Source of the DNA: a virus
Taxonomy: Duplodnaviria > Caudoviricetes
Direction: 5' to 3' (one strand)
Length of the DNA: 64,000 nucleotides
Virus record (IMG/VR): IMGVR_UViG_2825252539_000001
Coordinates: 64,001-128,000 of that record
The first letter of the stretch is position 1. Each line of letters starts with the position of its first letter. A program made the position numbers and the translations under genes. Below, one piece after another: positions 1 to 10,754 of the stretch. The notes under the pieces are model-generated. The model ran no database searches, was not told the DNA's origin, and saw only the letters and a program-made list of their open reading frames with translations.

Positions 1-149
1 GCTGTGTAATCAGGCATTCGCCGATCGCGTCCTGTCCTGGTGAGTTTCGCCGAAAAGCTGCTCGCCGAGGCGAGGGCGCTTGACCCATTTCTTGCCCAGA
101 TGGCCGCGTTCCACGCCATCTATCTGGGGCCGCGCTGGCGGGAGCTGTA

Positions 150-602
150 ATGGGCAGACACGCTCTAACCGTCGTCCACCTCTACGCTGACGGCGAGTTC
201 GTCGACAACCTCCGCATCCGCGGCTGGGACGACGGCCACTTCGTGCTGCCGCGCGACCATCAGCATGCAGACTTGATCCTGACCTGCTTTCGCCGGGATC
301 TGCGGCTCATTGTCTTAGAGACATCCGAGATCGAATGGCATATAGACGAAGTCAACGTCGACATCAACCGTGATGTCTTGCGAATCACCGCCATCCCGCG
401 GGTTCACAGACTCCGCCAGGGGATGCTTCCGGACGAGTGGTACTACCCGTTTGATCAGTACTCACAGCCGCAGTGCAAGAACTGCTCGCACAGCTGGCAC
501 GCGGGGGAGTGTGGCGGACCGATCTTCGAGACGCTGTATTGGGACCGCTACGACGGCTACGGCATCACCGATCTGATAGGGACGTGCGACTGCGAGGGCT
601 AA
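150..602 (+). CDS. Hypothetical protein with C-terminal CxxCxH motif; last rightward gene before the convergent leftward arm
   Basis: ATG overlaps the upstream TAA (TAATG); contains CKNCSHSWH motif. Confidence 0.6.
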   Translation: MGRHALTVVHLYADGEFVDNLRIRGWDDGHFVLPRDHQHADLILTCFRRDLRLIVLETSEIEWHIDEVNVDINRDVLRITAIPRVHRLRQGMLPDEWYYPFDQYSQPQCKNCSHSWHAGECGGPIFETLYWDRYDGYGITDLIGTCDCEG

Positions 603-795
603 CCCGGCACACACTGCCCGGGATGGCTGGCGCCGAGATAGCACGACCCACGCGGGCAGCCCCACCCTTTCCAGAACTGCTCAACCGGGATGAGCCAACT
701 CTCGTACTCGTAGCCGATCGCACGCACGAATAGGTAAGACTCATACCCCCTCAGGGGGCCGTCTTTCGGTATCCCGCGTCGAACGAACTGCCACA

Positions 796-1131
796 TCAGT
801 ACCAGTCGCCTCCGGCGTTGTCATTCAGACGCTCGCGCGTCGGAATGTAGTACGTCTCGCGGTCTAGATCGCCGCCCCAGTCGTGGTAGGCGAACCCTTC
901 GCACTCGATCATGATCCAAATGGTTTGATCGTTCGTGTTGAGTCCGTCCGGATCGTGCAGGATCTCGTAGTGGCAGCCGGCGCTGAGAAGCGCTAGGGCC
1001 TCACCGAGTTGACGTTGCGCTCTTGCCGAGTCGCGGTTGTACCAGTTCTTCTGTGGCACAACTCCATCCCGGCAGAGTTCGATCAAGGTCTCCCGCGAGA
1101 TCTCCTCAGATTTCACCTGCTTGGTCGGCAT
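796..1131 (-). CDS. Hypothetical protein
   Basis: 111-aa ORF coupled to its neighbours, protein-like composition. Confidence 0.65.
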   Translation of the reverse strand: MPTKQVKSEEISRETLIELCRDGVVPQKNWYNRDSARAQRQLGEALALLSAGCHYEILHDPDGLNTNDQTIWIMIECEGFAYHDWGGDLDRETYYIPTRERLNDNAGGDWY

Positions 1132-1987
1132 TAGTCTAGCTCCCGGGCATCGTATTCCATCTCGGTGCGCGACTCTTCCCAGCCCTTATCCTCGGTCATA
1201 TCCTTCGCGTACTCGATAGCCTGTTCGCGCGAATACGCCCGGATTTGAACCCGCTTGGTCTTTCGTTTGACCTTGCTAATGGTGACGTCGTACGTCCAAC
1301 CGCTCATGACACTCCTACTTCTTCCATCGCTCCATCGATCAGCGTTTCCACCAGTACCTGTCGGATGAGTTCGCGCGCCTGATCGATCCGCGGATCGTGA
1401 ATGTCGCGCTCGTGCAGGTCCATTAGGTAGCTATGCGCGGCCGACAGAAAGCATTGCTTCGTAGTGCGTTCTGACGCCATCACAGAGGCCTGCTCTTTAC
1501 CATGTTGAGTAGATCCCAAGCCAGATCGTCGGCGTCACCCTCGACCAATTGCGTTCGGTTGTAGATCAATTCGGACATCTTCTCGGCCAGATCTTCGTCC
1601 GTCATATAAAACTCCCAATGCTCACAGGGCTTTCGGTCCGGTCCGCCATCCCGCGAGGGGTAGCGCGACTCCTTCAACACCGGAGTGTCGGTCGACGTCA
1701 ATCCCCAGGTAATGTCCATTTGAGGCTCGCCGTGATACTCGCCGGACAAGTCTGTGCACGACGAGAGCGGTCGTAGTGCTTCCTCCCGCTCAAGCGTGAA
1801 GATCTCTTCACGCTGCCGGCAGGTGATCTTGCGCCAGCTCAACGCTTGCCCGCATAGCCGCGCAGGATCATCAGGCATATCCCGACCACCACGCTCAACG
1901 CGATGGTTAGGAGAAGCTGCCAACCGGTGATCGTCTGCTGGGTGAACAGGAAATCGCCCAACGTGCGGCAACAGGGCTGTTGAGACA

Positions 1988-2245
1988 TTATTCCTCCACC
2001 ATGATGCTGGCCGGCTCATTCCGGATACGCTCGACGACGGCCATTTGCTCTGGGGTGAACTGGTTTTGGCCTTGCATGACTGCCCACCACACCGTCTGAT
2101 TGATGAGGCAGTCCCCGCATGTACGCGCGCTGATAACGCCGAACGCGCCCATCCTGGGCGGATAGTCCCACCCATCCTCGAACGCTTCTTCAGGCGTGAG
2201 GATTTCGTCCTTACCGCAGACTTCGCAGATGTGCCGAAGCTTCAT
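1988..2245 (-). CDS. Hypothetical Zn-ribbon protein (CEVC...CGDC)
   Basis: Two CxxC pairs; coupled to neighbours. Confidence 0.65.
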   Translation of the reverse strand: MKLRHICEVCGKDEILTPEEAFEDGWDYPPRMGAFGVISARTCGDCLINQTVWWAVMQGQNQFTPEQMAVVERIRNEPASIMVEE

Positions 2246-2372
2246 TCGTCGACCGGCTCGATGCGCGACTCATGAGCGAGTCGTCCGGGCAGGATCGATT
2301 GATTGATTACCGCCCGGGACTGCAACGCGTCCTCGCGGTTGTCGAACCATACTTCATACACCAGCTTGAACA

Positions 2373-2909
2373 TCACTCACTTCCCGTCGTTAGATCGTCG
2401 TCGACTTCGCCTTGCGCGAGTCCACCGAAGTTGATCAGGTCGAACAGCTCCCGTTCTTGGTCGAGCGTTGAGAACTGACCTTCGGCAACGGGGATCGGGC
2501 TATTGCGAAAGAACCGCTGCATCCGCAAATCCATCTCTGGAAAGTGGACCTCCTCGCGAGGATCTCCGACCCACTCGCCCGGGATGGGGAACGCGCCGGC
2601 AACGAACTGTTGGATTGCCGTGGTCCGTTGCTTCCCGTCGACTATCGCGTACATCCAGTTTCGATTCCGGCTGTAGCCAGGGTGACGGAACTTCGCGCTG
2701 AATCGGTCGTTGATGACGATCGCCGGAATCGGGATGCCCATCAAGATTGACTTGATAAGGTTTCTCTTGCGCTTGATGCCCCATACGACGCCGCGTTGGT
2801 ACGGCTGGTCCATATCTAGCCGAGGGTCGTCCGGGTCTCGATCAAGAAAGAAGTCGAGACCGCGAGCTGAAGTGTTCACCCGATACTGCCGGAGTATCCC
2901 GTCACCCAT
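2373..2909 (-). CDS. Stand-alone DUF262 (GmrS-like, ParB/Srx fold) protein
   Basis: Family motifs PYQRGVVW, LIKSILMGIPIPAI and IVDGKQRTTAI, with FDLINFGG near the C-terminus. Confidence 0.8.
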   Translation of the reverse strand: MGDGILRQYRVNTSARGLDFFLDRDPDDPRLDMDQPYQRGVVWGIKRKRNLIKSILMGIPIPAIVINDRFSAKFRHPGYSRNRNWMYAIVDGKQRTTAIQQFVAGAFPIPGEWVGDPREEVHFPEMDLRMQRFFRNSPIPVAEGQFSTLDQERELFDLINFGGLAQGEVDDDLTTGSE

Positions 2910-4647
2910 TAGTCGCTCAAATCCGCGTAGGTGGCCGGCGAGATACCCGCTTGGAATGCTCCTCGCGCGTCTGCTTCGATGGCCTGTAGGTACTTGTCAC
3001 TCATACCCGAGCGCTGCTGGACCTCTGCGCGCCATTCATCCCACGTCACAACAGCGCTCGAATCGGCTCGTTGGCCAGTTCACCGGAGACCCAGGTCGCC
3101 TTGGCTTCATCGTTGTGACAAGGTCCGTCGTGACCTCTGCCCTCCTCGATGTCTCTTTCGGTCACCGTCACGTCGCACTTCCAGACCGTTCCATCGAGAT
3201 TGATCAAGCCTTCACACGGCGTCTCCCGTCGCGCCTGTGCTCGCGCGAGAATCGCGGCAACCTCCTCGGTGTTCACCACCCACACTCCAATCGATGCCGG
3301 CGCATGATCCACAGCTCATCCCTGAACAGTCCGCCACACCTATCGCAGGACATTGCTTGATTGCCGGCCAGACCGAAGTTTTCGCCGACGAAACCCAAGG
3401 CACTCATCGCGATACCGTCGCGGTCGTAGAGGTACTCCTTGCTTTCTCCGGCGATAAACGGCATCTCGTATTCGCAGAAGCCCTCACCTGTCTGGGTGGT
3501 CTTCCGTTCGATGAGCCTCGCGGTGTCCTGCACCCATTCGGGTGTCCCGATTCTTGGTCTCATGACCGCTTCCTCGCGATGCGGTAGCCGAGCGAATCGG
3601 CCCATTGGCGGAGCAGTGCCACTTGGCCCTCTTCGGTGTGGTGCGAGCCCACGTAGAACCCCGTGTAGACCTTCGTCGAGAAGTTCCCGCCCACCGCGAT
3701 CAACTGTGTCGCATCGGCGTGGTCGGCCGCCTCGACACGTACCACGTTGCAGTGGTTGCCCACCCCGAAGTCGCCGCCCCTATTCAGGTGTCGCGCGATA
3801 CCCTGGACGAATTCGTCGGGGTATGTGCACAGCTGATCGAACCCGTCGTTGCAGATCATCAAGCTTGTGTTGAATCCCATGCCACTCCTTACGCGTGCGC
3901 TTGCGCCGCGGCTAGCACTCGACGCCACGACGTGAGGTCGATTCCATGAAATGTCTGGTCTATCGCGCCCCGTTCGGCCGCGGCCTCTTCACCGCGTTGC
4001 CAGCGTTGAAGTGCGTAGATGACGACCTCACGGGTGTATGGATCGTCAAACCCCATCGCTTCTAGTTCGGCTATGCCGGCGCGGATGTTGACCTTGTCGA
4101 CGTTGCAACCGGGAACCAGGGGATTACCGAACGCATCTCTCACTGGACGCCCCGGACCGAGAACTGCTCCCAATCGCGTTTGATCTGATCGACGGTTACC
4201 GGCCGGTCGTAGACCCTCGCGAACAAGTGTTGACGGTCAGCGTCAGCGCCCATGAGCGCGGCGTATCCCGTTGCCATGAGGTAGCTTTCGGCAAGAATCT
4301 CAGCAGCCATTTTTAGCGGAACTCCTCGATAAATCCATCGCCAGCACTGGCGCTGACCTTTGCCCACACCCACCAACCACATCCCGATGCCCAGCTAGAT
4401 GACTCGGACTTCGCGATCCACCATTGGCGACATTGTGGACACCGCCACGGTCGAGTGCTGAACCCCTTCGTAGCTTTGGGCCGATCCGGGCACGGGTTGT
4501 GTTCGCAACACTTCGCCGCCGTTGGGCCGTCGATCATGAGCGGTGGACACGGCCGCGGCGCCAGCATGCCAATGAGGCCCATTCGGTAAGCGCGCCGAGC
4601 AATCACCGGGATTAGCAGCAGGGTAACGACGATGGCATAGGCAGTCA

Positions 4648-4929
4648 TCACGCCACAACCTTCCCTATGCACCACGCGATCCCCAGCGTCGGCAGACCGA
4701 TAGCGACGAGCACCGGCCAGATTGCGGCAATGCACATCGAAATCACGAACCACAGAATGAATTCCACTCCGGCGGATACGGCATCGCCGGCAGTCTGCAT
4801 CTCATCCCAAACGCCCGTGTAGTACCACGACGCGATGAAGGTTGCGATCACCCCGACGGCGTAAGTCACCAGGCACGGGATCACCCAGGCGTTCACCGGA
4901 ACCTCTTCCATCGAAACTTCCAGATCCAC
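4648..4929 (-). CDS. Small multi-pass membrane protein
   Basis: Two to three hydrophobic stretches in 93 aa. Confidence 0.6.
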   Translation of the reverse strand: MDLEVSMEEVPVNAWVIPCLVTYAVGVIATFIASWYYTGVWDEMQTAGDAVSAGVEFILWFVISMCIAAIWPVLVAIGLPTLGIAWCIGKVVA

Positions 4930-5226
4930 GCAATCGGTTCGCCCTCTTGATAGTCATCCCAGCTGTCCTCGACGCGACGCCAGAACCACTTGATCTCCCA
5001 ACGCCACCATCCGGGATCGAGCCAACGTGTGACTACAGGCCACGTCACAACATCACATTTAGTGCAATGGCCAAACCGCCAGGGGAATGCACCGGGATGC
5101 CCCGGGTAGCCGCTTTCGTCGAGTTTGTTGACTCGAATCGATCCGCTCTGGCAAAGTTCGACTTTCGCGCCTGTCGTCCCGCCGCCGGCCCAGCCTGGGC
5201 AGCGATGATGTTTGTCGTAGCAGCAT

Positions 5227-5658
5227 CTACTGAGCCGCATTCTCGGCCTCCAACTCGCGCATCCGCTCACGCATCTTCTCAATCTCCGCGTTGTAGACCT
5301 CGTAGTCGCACTCGAAACACAGTTCGCCGGCTCCAGTACAGCGGTGACCGCCGCAGGCTTGTCCGACGTCGGGGAACCGCGCTGGGATGTGTTCCGGCAC
5401 TGTTCGGAGGATGTGCTCGACAAGGTCCCGTTTACCTTCCTGGTCAGACCAGATGAACTGATCGCCGCCCGTGTGCGGCCTGGCACTCGGGAAGTGGACG
5501 TAGATAGCGTTGTCGACGTCGCCACCCTCAAACCTCACGTGCAGGCAGGCCGTATCTTGGATGCCGTAGGTATGGCGGATCTCGCCCTTCTCGCTGTGAT
5601 CCCAAGCTTGCCAGCCGCATTCAATGGCTAGCTGCGAAAGCTCCCCCTGGACGGTCAC
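5227..5658 (-). CDS. Hypothetical protein with Cys cluster and coiled-coil tail
   Basis: Coupled ORF containing CGGHRC...CFEC. Confidence 0.6.
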   Translation of the reverse strand: MTVQGELSQLAIECGWQAWDHSEKGEIRHTYGIQDTACLHVRFEGGDVDNAIYVHFPSARPHTGGDQFIWSDQEGKRDLVEHILRTVPEHIPARFPDVGQACGGHRCTGAGELCFECDYEVYNAEIEKMRERMRELEAENAAQ

Positions 5659-5899
5659 AGTCGAATCCGTTCATAGTCCTTGAACGACTTCCACCCGGAC
5701 TCGCCGCGGTCGTCGGCATTGTGGCCACAGCACGGCGTCTTCCAGACGGAACAGTCTGCATACCGCTGCGTGACGTGAACGGTGCCGAGATCGTAGATGC
5801 CGCCGCAGAAGTTGCAGCGCACCGGAGTTGACATTCCCTCGGCCGTTCGGCGCGTGCCGGCGTCCATATACGGGATGCCGTCAATCGTGAAATACTCCA

Positions 5900-6157
5900 T
5901 CACTGAACGCCTAGCGCTCTTCGGATCGATTCCACGTGCCGGTTGATAGCGACCTGATCCCGGCGATACTGCGCGCCGATGCTGTACCCCGTCGCAAGGA
6001 AGCTCGCTCCGAATACCACCAGCATGGCGGTAAAGATCAGGTCCCACCCAGCCAGCCAAAGGTAGATGTCACCGACGATTCCGATCGTGAACATCGTCCA
6101 CAGCGCGGCCCTGGTCGATCTGGCCATCGCCAGGTTGAGCGGTTCAATCTCGGTCAT
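5900..6157 (-). CDS. Small 2-TM membrane protein
   Basis: Two hydrophobic helices; ATGA overlap with the upstream gene. Confidence 0.65.
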   Translation of the reverse strand: MTEIEPLNLAMARSTRAALWTMFTIGIVGDIYLWLAGWDLIFTAMLVVFGASFLATGYSIGAQYRRDQVAINRHVESIRRALGVQ

Positions 6158-6816
6158 GCCACAAACTCCTCAGATTCCACAAGCATGTAGTTGCACTTTG
6201 TCTCGTCGGGATGCTCGACGATGTATCTCAAGACCAGCAATCGCGCCCAATCCACCATCGGCGTAATGAGATTGGCCATCATCACCTTGCCGAGCATCTT
6301 GTTGATATCTTCTCCAGTGGGCGCTTCATAGACGTAGTCGGCGTACCCCATGGTGATTCCGCGGGAGACCTGTCGGCGTCGCTTCGGCACGCTGGCTTGC
6401 GCTCGTCGATAGAAGCTCGCGTAGGTCTCGTCATTCGCATACTTCCACCGCCGCGCGATCACTAGATCCGCCTCTAGCGCATCCTCGACCATGTTGGTGC
6501 GGAGGTTGAGCATCGCGCACCGCAATGCGGGATTTCCCGCCTCATTGGTGACCACGACGATCTCCCAGCCGTACCCGATAGGCGCCGTCGGAAGACTCGC
6601 GGCGAGTAGGGGAATGGGCGGACCGGGATGGTCGTACAACTCGTACACCGGAGCATCGGGCTCGGGTAGCGCGAGTTCTTTACCGGGCTCTGATTCAATC
6701 GCTTTCGGCCTCCGGTTCTCGATGGCCTTGACGCCGACACCCACTAGTGCGCGCAGGCCAGCCAGCATCAGAACGATGCCGGCGAGCATGACCGGAAGCA
6801 CTATCAGCGAGATCAT
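6154..6816 (-). CDS. Membrane-anchored hypothetical protein
   Basis: N-terminal TM segment followed by a soluble domain; coupled overlaps. Confidence 0.7.
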   Translation of the reverse strand: MISLIVLPVMLAGIVLMLAGLRALVGVGVKAIENRRPKAIESEPGKELALPEPDAPVYELYDHPGPPIPLLAASLPTAPIGYGWEIVVVTNEAGNPALRCAMLNLRTNMVEDALEADLVIARRWKYANDETYASFYRRAQASVPKRRRQVSRGITMGYADYVYEAPTGEDINKMLGKVMMANLITPMVDWARLLVLRYIVEHPDETKCNYMLVESEEFVA

Positions 6817-7159
6817 CCGAGCGCCCTGGTCACCTTCGTGAAGGTCCCTCGCGCGTCGTCGATGTCGACTTCATGGTTCAGGCCGATTCCGCTGACCATG
6901 TCCTTGAACTTGGCCTGTAGCTTCTGGGCTTCCTCAGAGAGCGCGTCAGCCGCTTTCGCGTACTCGGGTTGAACCTCCGCGGCCTTGAGCAACAACTGAC
7001 CCAGCTCGACAGCTTGATCAGGCGTGAGCTTGCCGGCTTCTCCACTGAGGTGGATGCCCGCGGTATCGATCAGCACCTTAAAGGCCTTTTCGGGCTGCGA
7101 TCGCGATCCCCAGTCATCGCCGGGTGCATACGCTCGTGTGACGACCTTGCCGACCTCAA

Positions 7160-7705
7160 TCATGCTGCCACCTCTTTCATCTGGGGGAGTCCGATGGTCT
7201 GCGGCCACTTGTGCTTGCACTCGCGGCATATCCGGATCACGTCCGGCCGTAACTCAAGTAGCTTTCGTGCGGCGGTCACATTCGCCGGCTCCACCGCGAC
7301 GATCTCCTCGCGTTCGTAGCACGGTGCACATCCACATTTTTCGCGGTGCCACTGCGCCTCACGGCGTGCGCGCATGACACGACGCTTTTCGGCGAGATCA
7401 TCTATACGACTTCGCTTGTCTGCCTCATCCTTGCGTCGCTGCTCGTATCGTTCAATCGTGAGTACAGCCGCTTCGAAGTCGGGCGCGGCGATCCAATGTA
7501 ACGCTTCGACGGCACATTTCGGGCATGCGACGTACGGCATGAAGAACGATGCGTCCCTGAATACCGACAGCGGCGCCGGCTGTGCTTGACTCTCGGATCG
7601 CCCCTCATCCTCGTCCCACGCACGAAATACAGCGCGTGCAGCGAGTACGGGAACAAGGAACAGCACACTAAAGAGGATTGCCGGCCAGGCAGATTCGATG
7701 ATCAC
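7160..7705 (-). CDS. Membrane-anchored Zn-finger-like protein
   Basis: GTG start overlapping the upstream TGA; N-terminal TM, then CPKC, CGCAPC and CRECKHKW. Confidence 0.6.
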   Translation of the reverse strand: MIIESAWPAILFSVLFLVPVLAARAVFRAWDEDEGRSESQAQPAPLSVFRDASFFMPYVACPKCAVEALHWIAAPDFEAAVLTIERYEQRRKDEADKRSRIDDLAEKRRVMRARREAQWHREKCGCAPCYEREEIVAVEPANVTAARKLLELRPDVIRICRECKHKWPQTIGLPQMKEVAA

Positions 7706-7829
7706 AGGAACTTCTTCGCCAGTGCGAAGCATGCCCACGTAACCAACGCCGCTCCGATCCATGCGCTGATTGGATGTCCGCCGATGAGCGTGTGAGTCTC
7801 CGGGTCATACGTGGCGAGGATTGTTACCG

Positions 7830-8225
7830 TCATGCGGTCTTTCCTAACTCGTAGAGCCCCGGGACGCCGGCCTTGATGCCGTACTGTTCACAGAGCTTGA
7901 TCGCTTCTAGTGTTGCAACGCGTTGCGCCTCGATCTCATCCATCCGGCGAGCGTGTTCGGCCCGTTTGCGCTTCTCGCGTCGTTCGGCGCGATTTTCCTT
8001 CTGGGCGAACCAGTTGGTCGTCACCACACCGCTAACAACGGGTACGGTGAGCGGCCAGAGTAGGCCGGCACCAACTCCGGCTGCATCGTGCTCAGTGCTG
8101 CAGCTGTACCCCTTTGAGCATTTGGGACACGCTTTCATGCGAGCGCGATAGAACGCCATCCCGACGACACCGCCGCAAAATGCATAGGTCATCACAAGCC
8201 CGATAATCGTGAGCGCGAGTGTCAT
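7830..8225 (-). CDS. 2-TM membrane protein with Cys-rich loop
   Basis: TM, CPKC..C, TM (LLWPL), then a basic coiled coil. Confidence 0.7.
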   Translation of the reverse strand: MTLALTIIGLVMTYAFCGGVVGMAFYRARMKACPKCSKGYSCSTEHDAAGVGAGLLWPLTVPVVSGVVTTNWFAQKENRAERREKRKRAEHARRMDEIEAQRVATLEAIKLCEQYGIKAGVPGLYELGKTA

Positions 8226-8421
8226 GTAGCCAATTCCTGTGTTCGCATGAGTTCGTAGATCAGCTCGCGGTGCTCACTGAAGAATGACCATAGGCTGCCC
8301 TCATCGTCGGACAACTCCCAATGGTCATATCCGGTGCGATACCGCGGGTCGGACTCGGCTCGTTTGACGTCGTCGATGAGCCGGCGTAGGCGCTCAGATT
8401 CTGTTTCACGCTTACGCACCA

Positions 8422-8748
8422 TCACCAACCGCCGTATGACACAAGTAGATCCGCGATGACCTGGCGACGCCTGCCGTCGATCAGGGATGCCAGTCCACCT
8501 GGCCCGGTCGAATCGTTACGCCGCTTCGCGAGCAGCTTGGCCCCGGTGCTCGGGTTGTAGAACGAGTACATCGCAAGCAGGAATGCCGCTTCACCCGTCG
8601 ACATTGTCCCGATGTTCTCGGTGATCAAGTCGTAGTCGGGCCGCAGATGCCACTTGGAAGTTGCGGTTTCGACGTCGCCTTCGAACCATTGTGGTCCGGC
8701 GATTTGCACTCCACGTTTCCACGCGTCGAAAAACTCGGACTCGCTCAT
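8422..8748 (-). CDS. Hypothetical protein
   Basis: 108-aa coupled ORF with globular composition. Confidence 0.65.
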   Translation of the reverse strand: MSESEFFDAWKRGVQIAGPQWFEGDVETATSKWHLRPDYDLITENIGTMSTGEAAFLLAMYSFYNPSTGAKLLAKRRNDSTGPGGLASLIDGRRRQVIADLLVSYGGW

Positions 8749-9088
8749 CGTTGCGCCACCAACTCACGCATGGTGCGTCGAATCCCTTCCGCCTCGCCGT
8801 ATCGGCGTGCCGCACTCATGGCATGCCCCCGGACGGCAAGGTCATCGGCGCTGGCGTCGATGTCTTCTGCCAACGCTTCAAACCAGTCGTCCATCGATTG
8901 CTTTGTGGCAACCGACACCACGCGCGCCGACCGCTGAGGCCATAGCAGATGTCCGTCGATTCGGTCCGCGACGGTTTCGGCCATCATCTCGTGAGCCTCT
9001 TCGTCAGACATCGCGTTCACCGAGAAGCGGACCACGACCTCATAGTCTTGGTAGGAGCTGCGAAACTGCTCGGCTATTTCCTCGTTGG

Positions 9089-9928
9089 TCACGCCGACAC
9101 TCGCTGGCGCCGCGGCTTGGACGCCGCCATCTTCCGCGGCCGGCGCTTCGGAGCCTCCTTGGACTTGACCGATGCCTCCAGCTTGGCGAGAAGGTCGGAA
9201 ACCTCCGTTTCATCCCCATCCGTCGGTTCGACCAGCTTGGCCATGACCAGCTCGCGCAACTCCTCCTTGTAGGTGTCGCGGTACTTGTCGAAATTCACTG
9301 TCTCGTTGGAGATCTCACTCACCAACTGGGCGGCGATTCGGATCTCCGCGTCGGTCAATCCGTCCCGCTTGCGATCCATCGCCGCGGAATCGAGATCCGG
9401 CAGAGCGGGAGTGCGCACCTCATCCGGCCACAGCAGCGTATGTAGCACCAGCACGTCACCCTTGCCAGTGACGCTCATAGCCGCGATGCGGTTCTTGCTC
9501 CGCAGGGTGAATTGCACGATCGCGACCTTGCCCGAGTCACCGAGCGTCTTGGCCAGCAGCGCATACGCTTTCAGCGCTCCGCCGCCATCGGGACCGATGT
9601 AGTAGGACTTGTCCACCATCGTCGGATCGATCTGGTCGGCCGGCACGAACTCGGCGACCTCGATGACTCGCTTGTTCTCGCTCGCGAGCGACGACAGATC
9701 ATCGTCAGTCAGGATGGCCTGCTGGCCGTCGATCTCGTACTGCTTGGCGATGTCCGCGTTCGGCACGACTTCGCCGCAGCCTTCACACACCCGCTTGTAT
9801 TTGATCCGTCCGCCGTCGTGGGCGTGAACCTGGTGGCATTCCAGGTCGTGATCCTCGGACGCTGCGTACAGCTTGATCGGGACGACCACCAGGCCAAAGC
9901 TGATGGACCCGTTGTAGATTGACCTCAT
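9089..9928 (-). CDS. ku: Ku-like dsDNA end-binding protein
   Basis: MRSIYNGSISFGLVVVPIKLYAASED and GRIKYKRVC are the Ku N-terminus; SYYIGPD, AYALL and HTLLWPDEVR motifs; basic C-terminal tail. True start is ATG 9928. Confidence 0.95.
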   Translation of the reverse strand: MRSIYNGSISFGLVVVPIKLYAASEDHDLECHQVHAHDGGRIKYKRVCEGCGEVVPNADIAKQYEIDGQQAILTDDDLSSLASENKRVIEVAEFVPADQIDPTMVDKSYYIGPDGGGALKAYALLAKTLGDSGKVAIVQFTLRSKNRIAAMSVTGKGDVLVLHTLLWPDEVRTPALPDLDSAAMDRKRDGLTDAEIRIAAQLVSEISNETVNFDKYRDTYKEELRELVMAKLVEPTDGDETEVSDLLAKLEASVKSKEAPKRRPRKMAASKPRRQRVSA

Positions 9929-10718
9929 ATCGCTCCTATCGCGTAGCCGGCCGATACGAGGCCGGAGTAGTAGTCCAAGAATTCGGCGGGCATTTTGGAT
10001 TCGTCGATCCACTGGAATCCGTCGTCTTCGGTCATGAGTGCACCCGCTTTGCGGATCGCTGCGTTCGCCGATTCCAGCTCTCGCCGGAACGCCTCTTGAT
10101 GGGCGGTCATCGCGTCATCTCCTCGATGTATCCGTTAATGACGTGTCCCGCTTTAGCTTCCAGGATCTTCTGCCGCTCGCGCGTCTCGTCTAGCGATAGA
10201 AGCACCTCGGCCGCATTCTTGTAGAGGACTTGAAACCGTCGCATCTCGGCGTACGTGCATGAGATACACCCGCCGACGAAATGGTTGTCCTCGTGTTCCT
10301 CGCAGTCTTTCCAGGTGTCAGACGCCGGCAGTAAGGATCTCACCGCGTGGCCAGTTCGTCGCGAACCTGAATAGGCAGATGCGTGCATCGCCGGCTAGCC
10401 GCGACGCTGTAGCTCGGGCACTGGCAGTTCAGGCAGACGCGCGCCGAAGCGGCGCCGCACCTGAAGTTGTGCCACGAATGGCCGTTGGGGTCCATCAGGA
10501 CACCGACCGCAGCACGGTAGCGCTCGGCGGTTCCGCCGCAATCGCAGCTTCGAGGTTGTCAATCTCAAGCTGGCACCGGTCAACGATGGCGTCGAGCATC
10601 TCTTTGCGCTCCGCCACCTGCTGCCTCCGCAGCTCCTGCATGAACTTCAGGTGCTGGAGGTGTTTGATACGCTGATCATCACTCACAATTGGACCTCCCC
10701 AGGTTTTGTTTGTGGGTA

Positions 10719-10754
10719 GCGGTCCCGGCCTGTTGGCGCAGGTTTCGGGACCGC
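10719..10754. other. Intergenic hairpin (terminator or RNA-processing site)
   Basis: GCGGTCCCG...CGGGACCGC outer stem with inner GCCTG/CAGGT, located between two leftward genes. Confidence 0.5.
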
